Below the pieces are notes generated by a model. It was given only the letters and a program-made list of their open reading frames with translations, did not search any database and was not told where the DNA came from. Positions 9,521-20,709 of a DNA stretch of 64,000 nt are shown here, in pieces. The translations under genes were made by a program, and so were the position numbers. How positions within the stretch are numbered: the stretch's first letter is position 1; every line of letters begins with the position of its first letter. The DNA comes from an uncultured Planctomycetota bacterium (GTDB lineage: Bacteria > Planctomycetota > Planctomycetia > Gemmatales > Gemmataceae): assembly GCA_963849325.1 (NCBI GenBank), contig CAWKHF010000010.1, forward strand, positions 256,001 through 320,000. Direction: 5' to 3'.

Positions 9521-10607
9521 GGAAGCGGTCGGCGATGGCGGTGGCGATTCGCGCGCTGGCCTTGCCGTCCCACAGGGAAGGAATGCGGCCGCGCTTGCCG
9601 CCCTCGCGCAAGATGCGGGCCACCTCCATGCGCAGCCGGTCCAGGTCGCGTCCGATCAACAGATTGCTACCCTGCTCGACGGTGATCGGCCTTTCGGTAT
9701 TCTCGCGCAGGGTCAGGCACGGGACGCCGAGAAACGTCGTCTCCTCCTGCATCCCGCCCGAGTCGGTGATGACCACGGTGGCGTGCTGTTGCAAGGCAAG
9801 GAAATCGAGATAGCCGACCGGATCGATCAGACGCGGCCCGGTCTCGCCGTCCGTGGCGGACGCGCTCGCCAGTCGCTGGCGCGTTCGCGGATGGACGGGG
9901 AAGACGACGGGCAGCCAGCCCGCGATGTCGCGCAGGGCGTCCACGATGCGCCCGAGGCTTTGCGGCTCATCGACGTTGGACGGCCGATGCAGCGTCACCA
10001 GGGCGTAGGGGTTGTCGCCCAAATCGAGGCGGGATCTCAGGGCCGGCCAGCGCTGCTCCGCCGTCGGCTGAAGCCGAACCAGCGTATCGATCATGACGTT
10101 GCCAACGAGGTGAATTTTCTCGACGGCGATCCCCTCGCGGCGCAGGTTCTCGTCGCCGTCGGGCGACGGCGTGAACAGCAGGTCGGCCAGCTGATCGGTC
10201 ACCAGCCGGTTGATCTCCTCCGGCATGGTGCGGTCGCCCGAGCGCAGTCCCGCCTCGACATGGCCGACGGGCACGAGCAGCTTGGCACACACCAGGGCCG
10301 CCGCCACGGTGGAATTGACGTCGCCATAAACGAGCACCAGGTCGGGCTTGCGTTCCAGGACCACCGGCTCGAAGCGGCTCATCACTTCCGCCGTCTGCCG
10401 ACTGTGGCTGCCGGAGCCGACCTCCAGGTTGACGTCCGGCCGCGGCAGGCCGAGTTGCTCGAAGAACACGTCCGACATGTTGGCGTCGTAGTGCTGCCCG
10501 GTGTGAACGAGGGTCTGCCGGGCGCCCGCGACCTCGGCCAGAGCGCGCAGCACGGGCGCGGCCTTCATGAAATTGGGGCGGGCGCCGACGACGTGGAGAA
10601 TGTGCAT
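9504..10607 (-). CDS. wecB: UDP-N-acetylglucosamine 2-epimerase (non-hydrolysing)
   Basis: VVGARPNFMK, HTGQHYD, VYGDVNST, HVEAGLRS, TLHRPSNVD, TDSGGMQEE, LRENTERP. Confidence 0.95.
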   Translation of the reverse strand: MHILHVVGARPNFMKAAPVLRALAEVAGARQTLVHTGQHYDANMSDVFFEQLGLPRPDVNLEVGSGSHSRQTAEVMSRFEPVVLERKPDLVLVYGDVNSTVAAALVCAKLLVPVGHVEAGLRSGDRTMPEEINRLVTDQLADLLFTPSPDGDENLRREGIAVEKIHLVGNVMIDTLVRLQPTAEQRWPALRSRLDLGDNPYALVTLHRPSNVDEPQSLGRIVDALRDIAGWLPVVFPVHPRTRQRLASASATDGETGPRLIDPVGYLDFLALQQHATVVITDSGGMQEETTFLGVPCLTLRENTERPITVEQGSNLLIGRDLDRLRMEVARILREGGKRGRIPSLWDGKASARIATAIADRFQSSEF

Positions 10608-11890
10608 GGTGGTTCAGCTCTTTCTCCCCTCTCCCCCGCTTCGGGAGAGAGGGGGGAGGAAACGGGACGAATCACCGACTCGAGAATATCCAGGTAGCGC
10701 CGGGCCAAGGCCCGGCGGTCGAACTGCTCCAGGACGAAGCGACGGCCGCGGCGTCCCATTTCCTCCAACTCCGCCCTGCGGCCGGCCAGCCGGCGGATGG
10801 TGTTCACCAGGGCCGGCACGTCCCCGGAGGGCACGTAGACACCGGCCTCCGCCGTCTCCACGACCTGCCGAGCCTCGCCGGCGACGTTGAGGAGGACGGC
10901 GCGCTCCATACCGAGATATTCAAAGATTTTGGAGGGCAGAACTTCCTGAAACAGCGGTGTGTTCCGCAGCATCACCAGGCCGAGGTCGCAGGCCGCGTAA
11001 AATAGCGGGATACGGCTTTTCGGCTGCTGATCGATAAAGCGGACGTTGGGCAGCTGAAGGCGGACGGCCTGACGTTTGAGGTTGTCCTTCTCCGCCCCCT
11101 CGCCGACGAAGACGAACAGCTTGTCCGGTTCGCCGCGCAGGGCGTCGGCCGCCTCCAGGACGTGATGCAGACCGTGGGCCATGCCGTGCGTGCCTACGTA
11201 CATGAGGACGAAGCGGTCCTCCCAGCCGTAGCGCTTGCGGACCTCGTTGTCCCGCGGGGACGGTACGAACAAGCTCGTGTCGATGCCGTTGCGCACGACC
11301 TCCATCTCGTGCTCGGGAATGCCGTATCGGCTGTGGATGCCGCGACGGTAGCCTTCGCCAACGGTGACAATCCGATCGCAGTGCTGGTACAGGAAGCAGG
11401 ACAGACGTTTCATGAGGCGAATGAGCGCGCTGTCCTTGAGGGCCTCGACCGCCAGGATGGATTCGGGCCAGAGATCGCGCACCTCGAAGACGAACGGGAC
11501 GCGCAAGGTCCGGGCCAAAAACCAGCCGACCGCGGCGCACAACAGCTGCGGCGAGGTGGCCACCACCACGTCCGGCTGCGGCACGCGCAGGCGGCCGATC
11601 GTCATGGCGGACAGCATGAACGAGGCGTAGGAGAGCATGCGCTTGAGCGTGCCCTTGTTCGCCGCGGCGTAGACGTAGGTGCGGAGCAATCGAATGCCGT
11701 CCACGCTCTCCTGCCGCGTCAGGACGCCCCGGTCGCGCGCGCGCCTTGAGGCCAGTCGGATGGTGAGCGAAGGCAGTCAGCACCGTCACGTCATGTCCCA
11801 GGCGGACCCATTCGCGCGACAGTTCATGGACGCGCGCGGCCGGGCGCCCATTTCCGGCGGGAAATATTGCGAGACATAGAGAATCCGCAT
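10565..11890 (-). CDS. Glycosyltransferase family 4 (WbuB-like); two compensating frameshifts near 11850 and 11735
   Basis: Start MRILYVSQYFPPE at 11890; ARVHELSREW..GHDVTVLT; VFEVRDLWPES; YVGTHGMAHGL; LPSKIFEY. Confidence 0.88.
10627..10655. repeat. CCCCTCTCCC..GGGAGAGAGGGG hairpin repeat unit
   Basis: Same hairpin unit as inside the 43100-43245 element; lies at the GT4/wecB junction. Confidence 0.6.
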
Positions 11891-13686
11891 TAGGCCCCTT
11901 CCACCAACGTGAGGACTTCAACCGGCAAACCACTCTCGCGGTGCCAGCTCAGGCGCGTGCATTCGATTTCACGGCCGTACTCCGGGTGGTAGGGACGGCG
12001 CTGCGAACGCAGCTGGGTTCCTTCCGGTCCTCGCACGGTCACGCGCACGCGCTCCCCTCCGTTGGTCAGAAGCCATCCACCCCCGACAGCGGCCGCCGTC
12101 CATTCGGGTCCAAGGAGCAACCCTCCCTCGACCTGGTGTCGGCCGCACCCCTCGATGCGATCGAGGAGAAGAAACTTTCCATCCGCTCCGAGATCGAGAC
12201 GGCGCGTGTGTCGCGGCCGTCCCGGCAAGTGATCGTAGCCCGTATGCGATCCCGTCGCCCTCATTCCCGCTGACGAAAAAGCGACGTCTACGTCGCGCGG
12301 GTAGGCGCGGCGGCCAACACGGAAGATGTGCCACACCTCGCTCGAATCCTGTCCGTCGATGACCACCGTGTTGTGGGCAGCGGTCGAACGGTCGTAGCGG
12401 CGGCGCTCGTCGAGGTCGTAGGCATACGTACCCGGGTCCACGAACAGTCGCCGTCCCCGAAAGGAGCACTCAACGCCAAGCGAGTCCGCGTGAGCATGGC
12501 CCGGCTGGTAATCCGGACCGACCGGCCCGACGTCAAAAAATATAGCCCACGAATTATCGTGGTGAACGACTAGGCCCGTTTGCGGAAAGTAACGTCCACC
12601 CCGAGGGATGGCCGTATCGATGTCCACGCCGATGCACTTCCCGAGGCGCAGCATCCGCGTCACCGTGTCCGCTCCTTGCCGTCCGCCGTCGTTGAACAGG
12701 GCCAGGTCGCCGTCGGGATGGCGCATCCAGACGAGGGCGTCGGCCATGCGCCTCCATGTCTCGCGGAGCCGCGTCCGCGCGTCCTCGTCCTCTACCAACA
12801 GCACCAGGGACAGCAGATCTTCCATGACGTGGAGATGATACGTGGGGCTGCGCTCGAAGTGACCACCGTCGGAGAGCACCTGTTCGGCGGCCTGCTCGAC
12901 GGCCAGGCGGGTGGCCATCTTCAACCACTCCTCCGCCCTGTTCTCCGCGAAAAACCGCCCGGCCCAGGCCAGCCCAACTGCGTCGCGCATCAGGTGATTG
13001 CCACGCAAGTCCCATTCGAGATGATCGCGTAGGTAGGCGGCCTGCTGCCATAGGGAGGCGAGATAAACCGGCTTGAACCGTCTCCAATCGCTGCAACCGG
13101 CCGCGCCCAGCAACGGATAAGTCCGAATCCACCAGGTCAACCTTGTGGCGATGGCATAGGAGTTCCAGGCCAATTCCCGCGCCCCCGGAGCATCGAGCGC
13201 ACAATGGGACAACCAGTCGGACAAGTAATGGCAGCACAAGGCAACGGCCTCGGCGGTTTGCGAGCCGCCGACTGCTTGCCGTGCCAGGTCATAAATCCAG
13301 GCGTGATAATGGAGGGTGATGGCCCACAAGCGCTGGGTGGACACCGAACCGAGTCGCCAGTCGGGATTATCATACTCGAACTTATGAGCTTGATTCAGCA
13401 GTTGTAACATCCCCCCAGACAATAAACGTCCATGCGCATCCCGCTCTATCTCATGGAAACGCGGTAATACCGGGAAATCCTCGTGCAAACGGGGCGGTCG
13501 ATCTCCGCCCCAGCGCCAGCGTCCGAGTGCTTTCGCGCTGGCCTTCCGCCGGCGTTCCCAAGCATAATGAATCCTCCAACCCAGTTGGGGCAGGGTTAAA
13601 TGACTCATTGTCCGGTAATAAGGTCCGAGTGCCTTCATACGGCTATTACAATTCGCAAGGTAAAAAGTCATGTCGCGGCCCGGCAC
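11890..13686 (-). CDS. Heparinase II/III-family (alginate lyase-like) protein
   Basis: HLEWDLRGNH, DGGHFERSPTYH, PGHAHAD, FVDPGTYAY, RSTAAHNTV. Confidence 0.88.
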   Translation of the reverse strand: MPGRDMTFYLANCNSRMKALGPYYRTMSHLTLPQLGWRIHYAWERRRKASAKALGRWRWGGDRPPRLHEDFPVLPRFHEIERDAHGRLLSGGMLQLLNQAHKFEYDNPDWRLGSVSTQRLWAITLHYHAWIYDLARQAVGGSQTAEAVALCCHYLSDWLSHCALDAPGARELAWNSYAIATRLTWWIRTYPLLGAAGCSDWRRFKPVYLASLWQQAAYLRDHLEWDLRGNHLMRDAVGLAWAGRFFAENRAEEWLKMATRLAVEQAAEQVLSDGGHFERSPTYHLHVMEDLLSLVLLVEDEDARTRLRETWRRMADALVWMRHPDGDLALFNDGGRQGADTVTRMLRLGKCIGVDIDTAIPRGGRYFPQTGLVVHHDNSWAIFFDVGPVGPDYQPGHAHADSLGVECSFRGRRLFVDPGTYAYDLDERRRYDRSTAAHNTVVIDGQDSSEVWHIFRVGRRAYPRDVDVAFSSAGMRATGSHTGYDHLPGRPRHTRRLDLGADGKFLLLDRIEGCGRHQVEGGLLLGPEWTAAAVGGGWLLTNGGERVRVTVRGPEGTQLRSQRRPYHPEYGREIECTRLSWHRESGLPVEVLTLVEGA

Positions 13687-14594
13687 ACGATCGCATAACT
13701 CGAAAAGTCAGGGCTGATTTCGTCCGGCCGCAATCGATCTCCGATGCCTCCATCATCACGGAGGGCGAAGACAGCGTATCCCATCGATTCCACTTGACGG
13801 AGAAGGTCCGCACTGGATTTGCCGAGAGCGGCGAGGTATGTCGATTCCACTTCCATCAACAGGTCCGGGCGGAACCGAGCGAGGGTTCGTTCGCCGCCCT
13901 GGAGAAAGAGCGGTTCGGCCCCTTGAATGTCGATTTTGGCGAAATCCAACCGCTCTAATCGGGACGTTTCCGCGAATTCATCGAGCGTCATCGTCCGGAC
14001 ATCGATCCGCCCGTCAAGTGCATCGTCATTTTGCAGCGCGACGGACCCTATCCCCTGATTGGAAGAATCCTCGTCCGTGATGGACATGGAGATCGTTCCC
14101 GTTTGGTCGGACAAGGCAATGGCATGAAGGCGCACAATGCTTTGAAATTGATTGCGCTCGACATGCTGCTGCAGACGCCGGAATACGTGGGGAACGGGTT
14201 CAAAACAGTGGACAACACCCGTTACCCCCGTCCTCCGGGCAAGATGAAGGCTGACGACCCCGATATTGGCCCCCACGTCCAGGCAAACCATACCCGGCCG
14301 GACGTGCTTGTCGATATAGTTTGCGGTCTGCGGATCATAAATGCCGAAGGCGATGATGTTGTAATCAATGAGGAAATGGGGATGCACCAGAAATTCGTTG
14401 TCGTATCGGTCGCGGTGCCAGCGAAAATCCGAGGCGAACACTTTTCTCTTGCCGTACGCCTTTCGGGCCAGCCAATGCGTGATCCGCCTCGGTGGGATGC
14501 CGCCGAACGGCTTGCCGACTCGAGCGAGCAATTGAAATGCTGTCGCGTACATCGATTCTCTCCTCCGAAGGTCCACGAACAGGTCAAGGACCAT
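13668..14594 (-). CDS. FkbM family methyltransferase
   Basis: LDVGANIG, FEPVP, KIDIQGAE motifs. ATG at 14594 (alternative 14552). Confidence 0.9.
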   Translation of the reverse strand: MVLDLFVDLRRRESMYATAFQLLARVGKPFGGIPPRRITHWLARKAYGKRKVFASDFRWHRDRYDNEFLVHPHFLIDYNIIAFGIYDPQTANYIDKHVRPGMVCLDVGANIGVVSLHLARRTGVTGVVHCFEPVPHVFRRLQQHVERNQFQSIVRLHAIALSDQTGTISMSITDEDSSNQGIGSVALQNDDALDGRIDVRTMTLDEFAETSRLERLDFAKIDIQGAEPLFLQGGERTLARFRPDLLMEVESTYLAALGKSSADLLRQVESMGYAVFALRDDGGIGDRLRPDEISPDFSSYAIVCRAAT

Positions 14595-16763
14595 CCGTCC
14601 CCTTTTCCGGCTGTCCCATTTCTTGCGCCACCTCGAACGGAACGCCTTCCCGGATGCTGCGCACGGCGAGGATGGAGGCGAGCGAAACCGCCCGCAGCTC
14701 CTCCCAGGGAATCGGGCACGGTCCACCCTCGGCGAGGGCCGTGGCGAAGGCTATTACCTCCTCGCGGTGTCCCTTGTCTTGCTGCCAGGCGCGGGACTTC
14801 TTCGTCTTGCCGCTGGCGCAGGTGATGACCGTGCGGAAGTCGTCGAGGACGGCCAACCGGCCGCCGCCCAGGATCTCGACGCGCTCCTTGGGGAACGCCT
14901 TATCGCCTCCGGCGAGGTAGGCGATGTTCGACACCGAACCGTTGGCATGGCGCAGAGTGAGGAAGCACTGATCGTCCGTGATGGCGGGAGCGTTGGGCCC
15001 GCCGACGGATTCAGCGAAGACGCGCACCGGCGGCGAGCCGGTGAGGAAGGTGGCCAGGTCGATCGCGTGGCACGCCTCGCCGACGATGCGGCCGCCGCCA
15101 ATCCGTTCGTCCTGCGTCCAGTGCTCTGCGGAGATCGGGCCCGCGTTGAAGCGGATGGACACGGTCAATGGAACTTGGACCTTGGCGAAAAACGGCTTCA
15201 CCTGCATGGCCGCAGGAGAAAAGCGGCGGTTGAAGCCGACCATCAGAAGCAGCCCCTTGGCCGCGTTGAGGGCGACTTCGATTTGCCCTAGCTCCTCCAC
15301 GGTGAGGGCGAGCGGCTTTTCGACGAACACGTGTTTGCCCGCGCACGCGCCTTGACCACCTGGCCGGCGTGCTGGTCGTGCCGCGTCAGGATGAAGACCG
15401 CACGCACGCCGGGATCCTGGAAAACCTCGTCTTCCTCGGCGGTGGCGGCCTCGAAGCCGAGTTTCTCACCGCTGTGGACGGCGGACAGTCCATTGGCCGA
15501 GCACAGAATGCGCGGATGCAGTGTGCCGCTCTTGCGGAGGGCCGGCAGCAGTACCATGCGGGCGAAGTTGCCGGCGCCCAGACAGCCGACTCCCACCTTG
15601 CCCTTCGTAAGAGGGAGCGTGGCGCGCAGCTCGACACGGCGATCGAGAGGACGCGATTCGACGTCCGGGTATTCCAGGGCGATGGCCACATACGGTTCGC
15701 GGCCCTCCTCGATCACCCGGTACGCCGTCTCCGCAACGGTAATGGGGAAGCGATGGGTGAGGAGCGGCGACAGGTCGAGCCGGCCGGCGGCCATCAGATC
15801 CAGCACCGCCTGCATGTTGCGCTGCTCCGTCCAGCGCACGTGCGCCGGCGGGTAATCGTGGCCGCGCTCCTCATACTCGGGGTCGTAGCGACCCGGGCCG
15901 TAGGAGCACGAAACGACGAATTCTGCCTCCTTGAAGTAGTACGGCCGTCGCGGCAGATGGAGGCCGACGGCGCCGACGGCCACGACGCGCCCCTTCGGAC
16001 GCACCGCCTCGCCGGCCAGGGCGACCGGTCCATCCGACGGTGTCGAGGCGGTCAGCAATACGGCGTCGGCCCCAAGCCCATGCGTCAACTCGCCGACCAG
16101 CCCGGCCCCCAGGCCAGGCTCCGCACACTCCGCGCCCATGCGCAGCGCCAGCCGGCACTTGTCCGCGTCGAGGTCGGTGCCGAGCACCCGGCAGCCGGTC
16201 GCACGCAGCAGGGCGACCGTGATTTGTCCGATCAGGCCCAGGCCAATGACGAACGCCGTCTCGCCCAGGCCGACGCGGGCCAGACGAACGCCCTGCAAGG
16301 CAATGGCGCCGAGCACGGTGAAGGCGGCACGATCGAAAGGCACCCCATCGGGGACGTGGGCGCACAGGTTTTTCGGTACGCAGACGATGCCGGCGTGCGG
16401 CCCGTTGGAGGCGACGCGCTCACCGGGCTTGAACGACTGCACGCCGGCGCCGCAGGCCAGCACGACGCCGGCGGAGGAATAGCCCATCGTCATCGGCTCG
16501 TCCAGCTTCTCCCGCACCTGCCGCAGCGTCTGAAAAAACCCCTCGTTCCGCAGCTTTTCCAGCACGCGGCGGACGTGGTCCGGCCGCGCGCGGGCCTTGC
16601 CCAGCAGCGACTTGCTCGCCAGTTCCAGGACCATCTTCTCGGTCCCGGCCGAGATGATCGAGCAGGCGTTGGCGATGAGCACGTGGCCGGGACGGGCCAC
16701 CGGGTCGGGGACGATCCCGACCCGCCGTTCGCCGTTTCGGATGTTTTGAATGAGTTGGTACAA
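14584..16763 (-). CDS. Bi-domain oxidoreductase (Zn-type alcohol dehydrogenase + Gfo/Idh/MocA); frameshift near 15345
   Basis: ISAGTE, MGYSSAG, GLGLIG, SYGPGRYDP, VRWTEQRN, GAGNFA; continues in a second frame with FVEKPLA, VGFNRRFS, GEACHAID. Confidence 0.9.
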
Positions 16764-16781
16764 GGTAGTCTCGCCGAGGGT

Positions 16782-18473
16782 TCACAATAGGGACGAGCGG
16801 ACGCCGACCTTCTTGTGGGCGACGGCCAACAGGAGCGATCCCACCAACCTCCGCCGCTGGAGCCGGCGCGGAAAGGGACCGCCGAAAACGACCATCGATC
16901 GGACATCGAAATCGAATTCCTCCAGAAAGCGCCGTAACCCTCTATGGCAATACTCATGTTTCGACAGCTCCAGGTAGCGCGGCCACGGCCGGCCCAGCGT
17001 GCGGGAAGCGCGGAATACGGAGACGAGGGCGCCGCGCAGGAGGGATTGTCGATTCGGCGCTGTCAGGAGCAAGACGCCGCCTGGCTTCAGCGTCCGCGAC
17101 AGCTCCGACAAACAGCGCGAAGGGCTATCGACGTATTCCAGGACGCTCGAACACAGGATGCCGTCGAACGCTCCATCCTCGAAAGGAAGGCGCTCGATGG
17201 TCTCGACATGCTGGAAGGACGGCTCCTCCGCAAGACCTTCGGTTCGGGCCATCTGGCGAGCGATCGCGAGCATGGAGGAGGAGGCATCGACTCCGCGCAC
17301 CCGGCACCCCTTGCGGGTCAGCAACCGGGAGAACCGGCCCGTGCCGCAGCCGGCATCGAGCCAGGTTGTTCCCTCCAACTTCAGATCTTCCAGGCAGCGA
17401 GCGATCAGGCGCTCCCGACTGGCGAAGGAACCCTTCTGATACTTGCCCTCCCACTGGTTGGCGAGCGCCTGATGATGCTGGATCGCCGGATGCATGTCCG
17501 GTCCCGTCCCAGCGCCGGGTCCGACGTCGTCCGGGTTGAGGCGATGGTCCTGCCTCGGCGTGGCATCGACCTGTTGCTGCAATTCGCTGCGAGCGACGAC
17601 GGGATGCGGAGCGCCTCGCGGCGGCCAGAGGATGACAGGCAACTGGCCCGTCGTTCGATGCTCGACCCGTTTCAGATCGATCCAGTACAGGAAGGCCGCA
17701 TACAGAAGCGCGTAGCGGAAGCCGGCCAGTCCATCCAGTAAACCCAGTCGCACGAAGTAGCGGTACAGAAAATACAGCAGGGCGCGTCCGGGTAAGCGGT
17801 AATACAGCTTGCGGAGTCTCATGCGCCGCTCGACGGGTGAGCCGAACAGACGGGGCTTGATGTCTCCGGTCAGGTTGCCGCGGATGAGGCTGATCGCCTC
17901 CAGCGAGGAATAACGGTTGTGCTTGTCGAGCCAGTCGGAAATCGACTTGTAATCGTGGTGTTCGACGTAGCTTTTCAGGAAAGCGGTTCGCCCTTGCACC
18001 ACGGCATGTTCGTTGACCGGCCGCTCCTCGAAGACGGCCCGGCCGGTGCGCCAAAGCCGCAGGTCATGGTTGCTCCGGGCGCCCCCGAAGCGGAGGGGAG
18101 AGCCGAGGAAGAAGAGACGGCGGCGGAACAGAACGCCGTGAAGGTCCGGCGGCGCGGTGCGCGTCAGCCGATCCACCTCCTCCTGGAACTCCGGCGTGAC
18201 GCGCTCATCGGCGTCGAGCTTGAGGGTCCATTCGGCGCGGACGGGAAGGCGTGACAAGGCCCAGTTCCACTGCGCCGAGTAGTTCTCGAAGCGATGCTGG
18301 ACCACGCGCGCGCCGTCGGCCTCGTAGGCCAGGGCGATCTCGACGGTTCGATCGGTGCTGTAGGAATCGACGACGAAGACCTCCGTGGCCCAGCCCTTGA
18401 CCGAGTCGAGGGCGGCGGCGAGGTTCGCCTCTTCGTTGAACGTCAGGATTATGACCGCGAGCGATGGCTTCAT
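16782..18473 (-). CDS. GT2 glycosyltransferase fused to a class I SAM methyltransferase
   Basis: N-terminal IILTFNEE, VVDSYSTD, LDADE, KHNRYS; C-terminal LDAGCGTG, LPFEDGAFD, SSVLEY, LKPGG. Confidence 0.85.
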   Translation of the reverse strand: MKPSLAVIILTFNEEANLAAALDSVKGWATEVFVVDSYSTDRTVEIALAYEADGARVVQHRFENYSAQWNWALSRLPVRAEWTLKLDADERVTPEFQEEVDRLTRTAPPDLHGVLFRRRLFFLGSPLRFGGARSNHDLRLWRTGRAVFEERPVNEHAVVQGRTAFLKSYVEHHDYKSISDWLDKHNRYSSLEAISLIRGNLTGDIKPRLFGSPVERRMRLRKLYYRLPGRALLYFLYRYFVRLGLLDGLAGFRYALLYAAFLYWIDLKRVEHRTTGQLPVILWPPRGAPHPVVARSELQQQVDATPRQDHRLNPDDVGPGAGTGPDMHPAIQHHQALANQWEGKYQKGSFASRERLIARCLEDLKLEGTTWLDAGCGTGRFSRLLTRKGCRVRGVDASSSMLAIARQMARTEGLAEEPSFQHVETIERLPFEDGAFDGILCSSVLEYVDSPSRCLSELSRTLKPGGVLLLTAPNRQSLLRGALVSVFRASRTLGRPWPRYLELSKHEYCHRGLRRFLEEFDFDVRSMVVFGGPFPRRLQRRRLVGSLLLAVAHKKVGVRSSLL

Positions 18474-18500
18474 GTCGGGTCCGTTCGTCTCCACAACAGG

Positions 18501-19457
18501 TCAGACCGGGGATGTCTCCACCTCGTCCGCCGTGGTCCCGCGCAAGCGGAGCCAGGCGCCGCGGGCCAGGTTGAACCAGCCGTCCAGCTTGGCGGCCAGC
18601 GTCGAGTCGGTATCCGATTCCTCCACGAAGAAGCGCCCCCAGGTAAAGGGGTCACTGTGCGGCCGAACGAGAACGGCTGCGGAGGAGAGGCTGCACAGCA
18701 GGCCGGCACGCCGGGCCGCGGCAATGAGAGTGGGGCCGGCGATGTCGAACGGAAACGAAAACGTCGCGTCCACCAGGCCGAAGCGCGCGTGCAGCACCTC
18801 CAGAGACGTGCCGATGTCTTGGACCATCGCATCGGGCCGGCCACGGAAGACGGCATGGGTATGCGTATGAGATCCCAGGTCGATGAGTCCCTGTCCGAGC
18901 ATCTCGGCGCATTGGGCCGACGTCAGCGGTTTCCACGACTCGGCGGGAACGTCGGGTGAGCCGGCGGACGGCCAATCGTCGAAAGGGAAAGGAGGGCCGC
19001 TGTCCAGGTAGGCGGTGGCCAGGAAGATCGTGGCCGGTACGCCGAGCGCGCGCAGGATGGGCCAGGCCCAATGGTAGACGCACTCGTAGCCGTCGTCGAA
19101 AGTCACCACAAACGTCCGAGGAGGGATCGGTCGGCCGGCGCGATGGAAGTCGAGAACCTTCCGCAGCGGCCACGCCTGATAACCCCGGTCGAGCAACCCC
19201 TCGATCTGACGCTGAAATCGTCGCGGGGTCACGTTCCACGTCGGCGCGGTGCCTCGGTCGGTCCACGGCATCGTCCGGTGATAACCCAGGATGCCCACCG
19301 CTCCGCCGGCGCGACTGCCGAGCAGCCGGGTCAGACAGCAACCTACCTCGCCAACGGCCCACTTTCCCGCCGCCTTGAGACGTTGCCGCGAACGAACCTT
19401 CTCACCGGCTCGATGCACCTGCGATTCTCCTTCTCCACTTCTTGCGATCCCATTCAT
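18501..19457 (-). CDS. Polysaccharide deacetylase (CE4/NodB)
   Basis: ILGYHR, VVTFDDGY, ATIFL, GSHTHTH, FSFPF. ATG 19457 with AGGAG RBS. Confidence 0.88.
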   Translation of the reverse strand: MNGIARSGEGESQVHRAGEKVRSRQRLKAAGKWAVGEVGCCLTRLLGSRAGGAVGILGYHRTMPWTDRGTAPTWNVTPRRFQRQIEGLLDRGYQAWPLRKVLDFHRAGRPIPPRTFVVTFDDGYECVYHWAWPILRALGVPATIFLATAYLDSGPPFPFDDWPSAGSPDVPAESWKPLTSAQCAEMLGQGLIDLGSHTHTHAVFRGRPDAMVQDIGTSLEVLHARFGLVDATFSFPFDIAGPTLIAAARRAGLLCSLSSAAVLVRPHSDPFTWGRFFVEESDTDSTLAAKLDGWFNLARGAWLRLRGTTADEVETSPV

Positions 19458-19507
19458 CGGCGATCCTCTACTCCTTTGACCTCCGCGCGAATGCCCCCCA
19501 CACGGAG

Positions 19508-20644
19508 CTAGTCTGTGTGGACCCACTCGGGCGGTGATCCTCCGCCGAGCAGCCAGCGGTACGTCTCCAGCATCCTCCGTCCGATGCGCTCCCAGGAAAA
19601 TTCCCGTTCCATCCACTGCCGGCCGCGCCGTCCCCGATCGCGCAGCTGCTCGGGCGTCAGGGCCAGCGCCGACCGAAGGCATTCGGCGAGCGAATCGACT
19701 CCCTGTTCGATCCACCAGCCGCACCCTCGGGTTTCCAGGTCCGCCCAGGGTGCGCCCTTTGTCACGACCGCCGGCAGTCCGTGCGCCAGCGCCTCGGCGA
19801 CGGCGACGCCGAAGTTCTCCGAGTGGGTGGGAAGGACGAACAGCCGTGCCTGCTGAAACTCCTTCGTCTTCTCCGACCCGAAGGCGGGGCCAGGGAAGTG
19901 GACCCGACGCAGACCGAGTTCGTCCGCCAGTTGCTGGAGCCGGGCGAGATAGCCGTCTTCGTCCATGCCGACGATGCGCAAGTCCCAGTCGGGAAATCGC
20001 GGTTCGAGCTGCTGCCAGGCTTGCAGCAAGATGTCGAGGCCTTTCACCGGATGAAGCCGGCCGATAAAGAGTAACCGTTTGCGTTCGTCCGCGTCGGGGA
20101 GGCTCGCCGGCTCGGGGAGGATGTCGATGCCGTTGGGAATGACGGCCACCGGCCCGCGCAGGCCGGCGGCGCGAATGTCGCGGTACTCGCTCTCCGCCGT
20201 CGCATGAAAACAGTGCGACGCCCGCACGGCCCTCCCCTGGGCGAGGAGCCACATCAATCGTTTCCTCCAGGCGGACCATTGCAGCGCCCACGGCGATAGG
20301 GTGCCGCGCGGCGACGTGACGAGGCGGCAGGACGTCCCGCGCGTCGCCCACGCCGGATAGACGTTGGGCAGCATCCACAGGCTATGATTGTGCATCACGG
20401 CGGCCCCACTCGCTTCTCGCCTCAGCTCGCGCCGCATCGCCGGGGACACGCCCAGCTCATTCGGGAAATGCCAACCCCGGTGGGCGTGGATTCGGTACGC
20501 TTCCGGCGCAACGTCCGTCGGGGCCAGGACGTGCAGATGGACCTCGGCACCCAATCGTCCCACGGACTCACACAGTCGCGGGACGCTGTACGCCGGGCCA
20601 CTGGCTTCATCCGCTATCCGCGGCACTATCTGGAGGACCTTCAA
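19508..20644 (-). CDS. Glycosyltransferase family 4
   Basis: HNHSLW, SPRGTL, FIGRLHPVKG, SENFGVAVAEALA. Confidence 0.92.
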   Translation of the reverse strand: MKVLQIVPRIADEASGPAYSVPRLCESVGRLGAEVHLHVLAPTDVAPEAYRIHAHRGWHFPNELGVSPAMRRELRREASGAAVMHNHSLWMLPNVYPAWATRGTSCRLVTSPRGTLSPWALQWSAWRKRLMWLLAQGRAVRASHCFHATAESEYRDIRAAGLRGPVAVIPNGIDILPEPASLPDADERKRLLFIGRLHPVKGLDILLQAWQQLEPRFPDWDLRIVGMDEDGYLARLQQLADELGLRRVHFPGPAFGSEKTKEFQQARLFVLPTHSENFGVAVAEALAHGLPAVVTKGAPWADLETRGCGWWIEQGVDSLAECLRSALALTPEQLRDRGRRGRQWMEREFSWERIGRRMLETYRWLLGGGSPPEWVHTD

Positions 20645-20709
20645 AATCTTACCTCATCTTTGGGTCCGGCCCCGCCATGCCACACATCGATACAAATCGC
20701 GGTTGGAAA

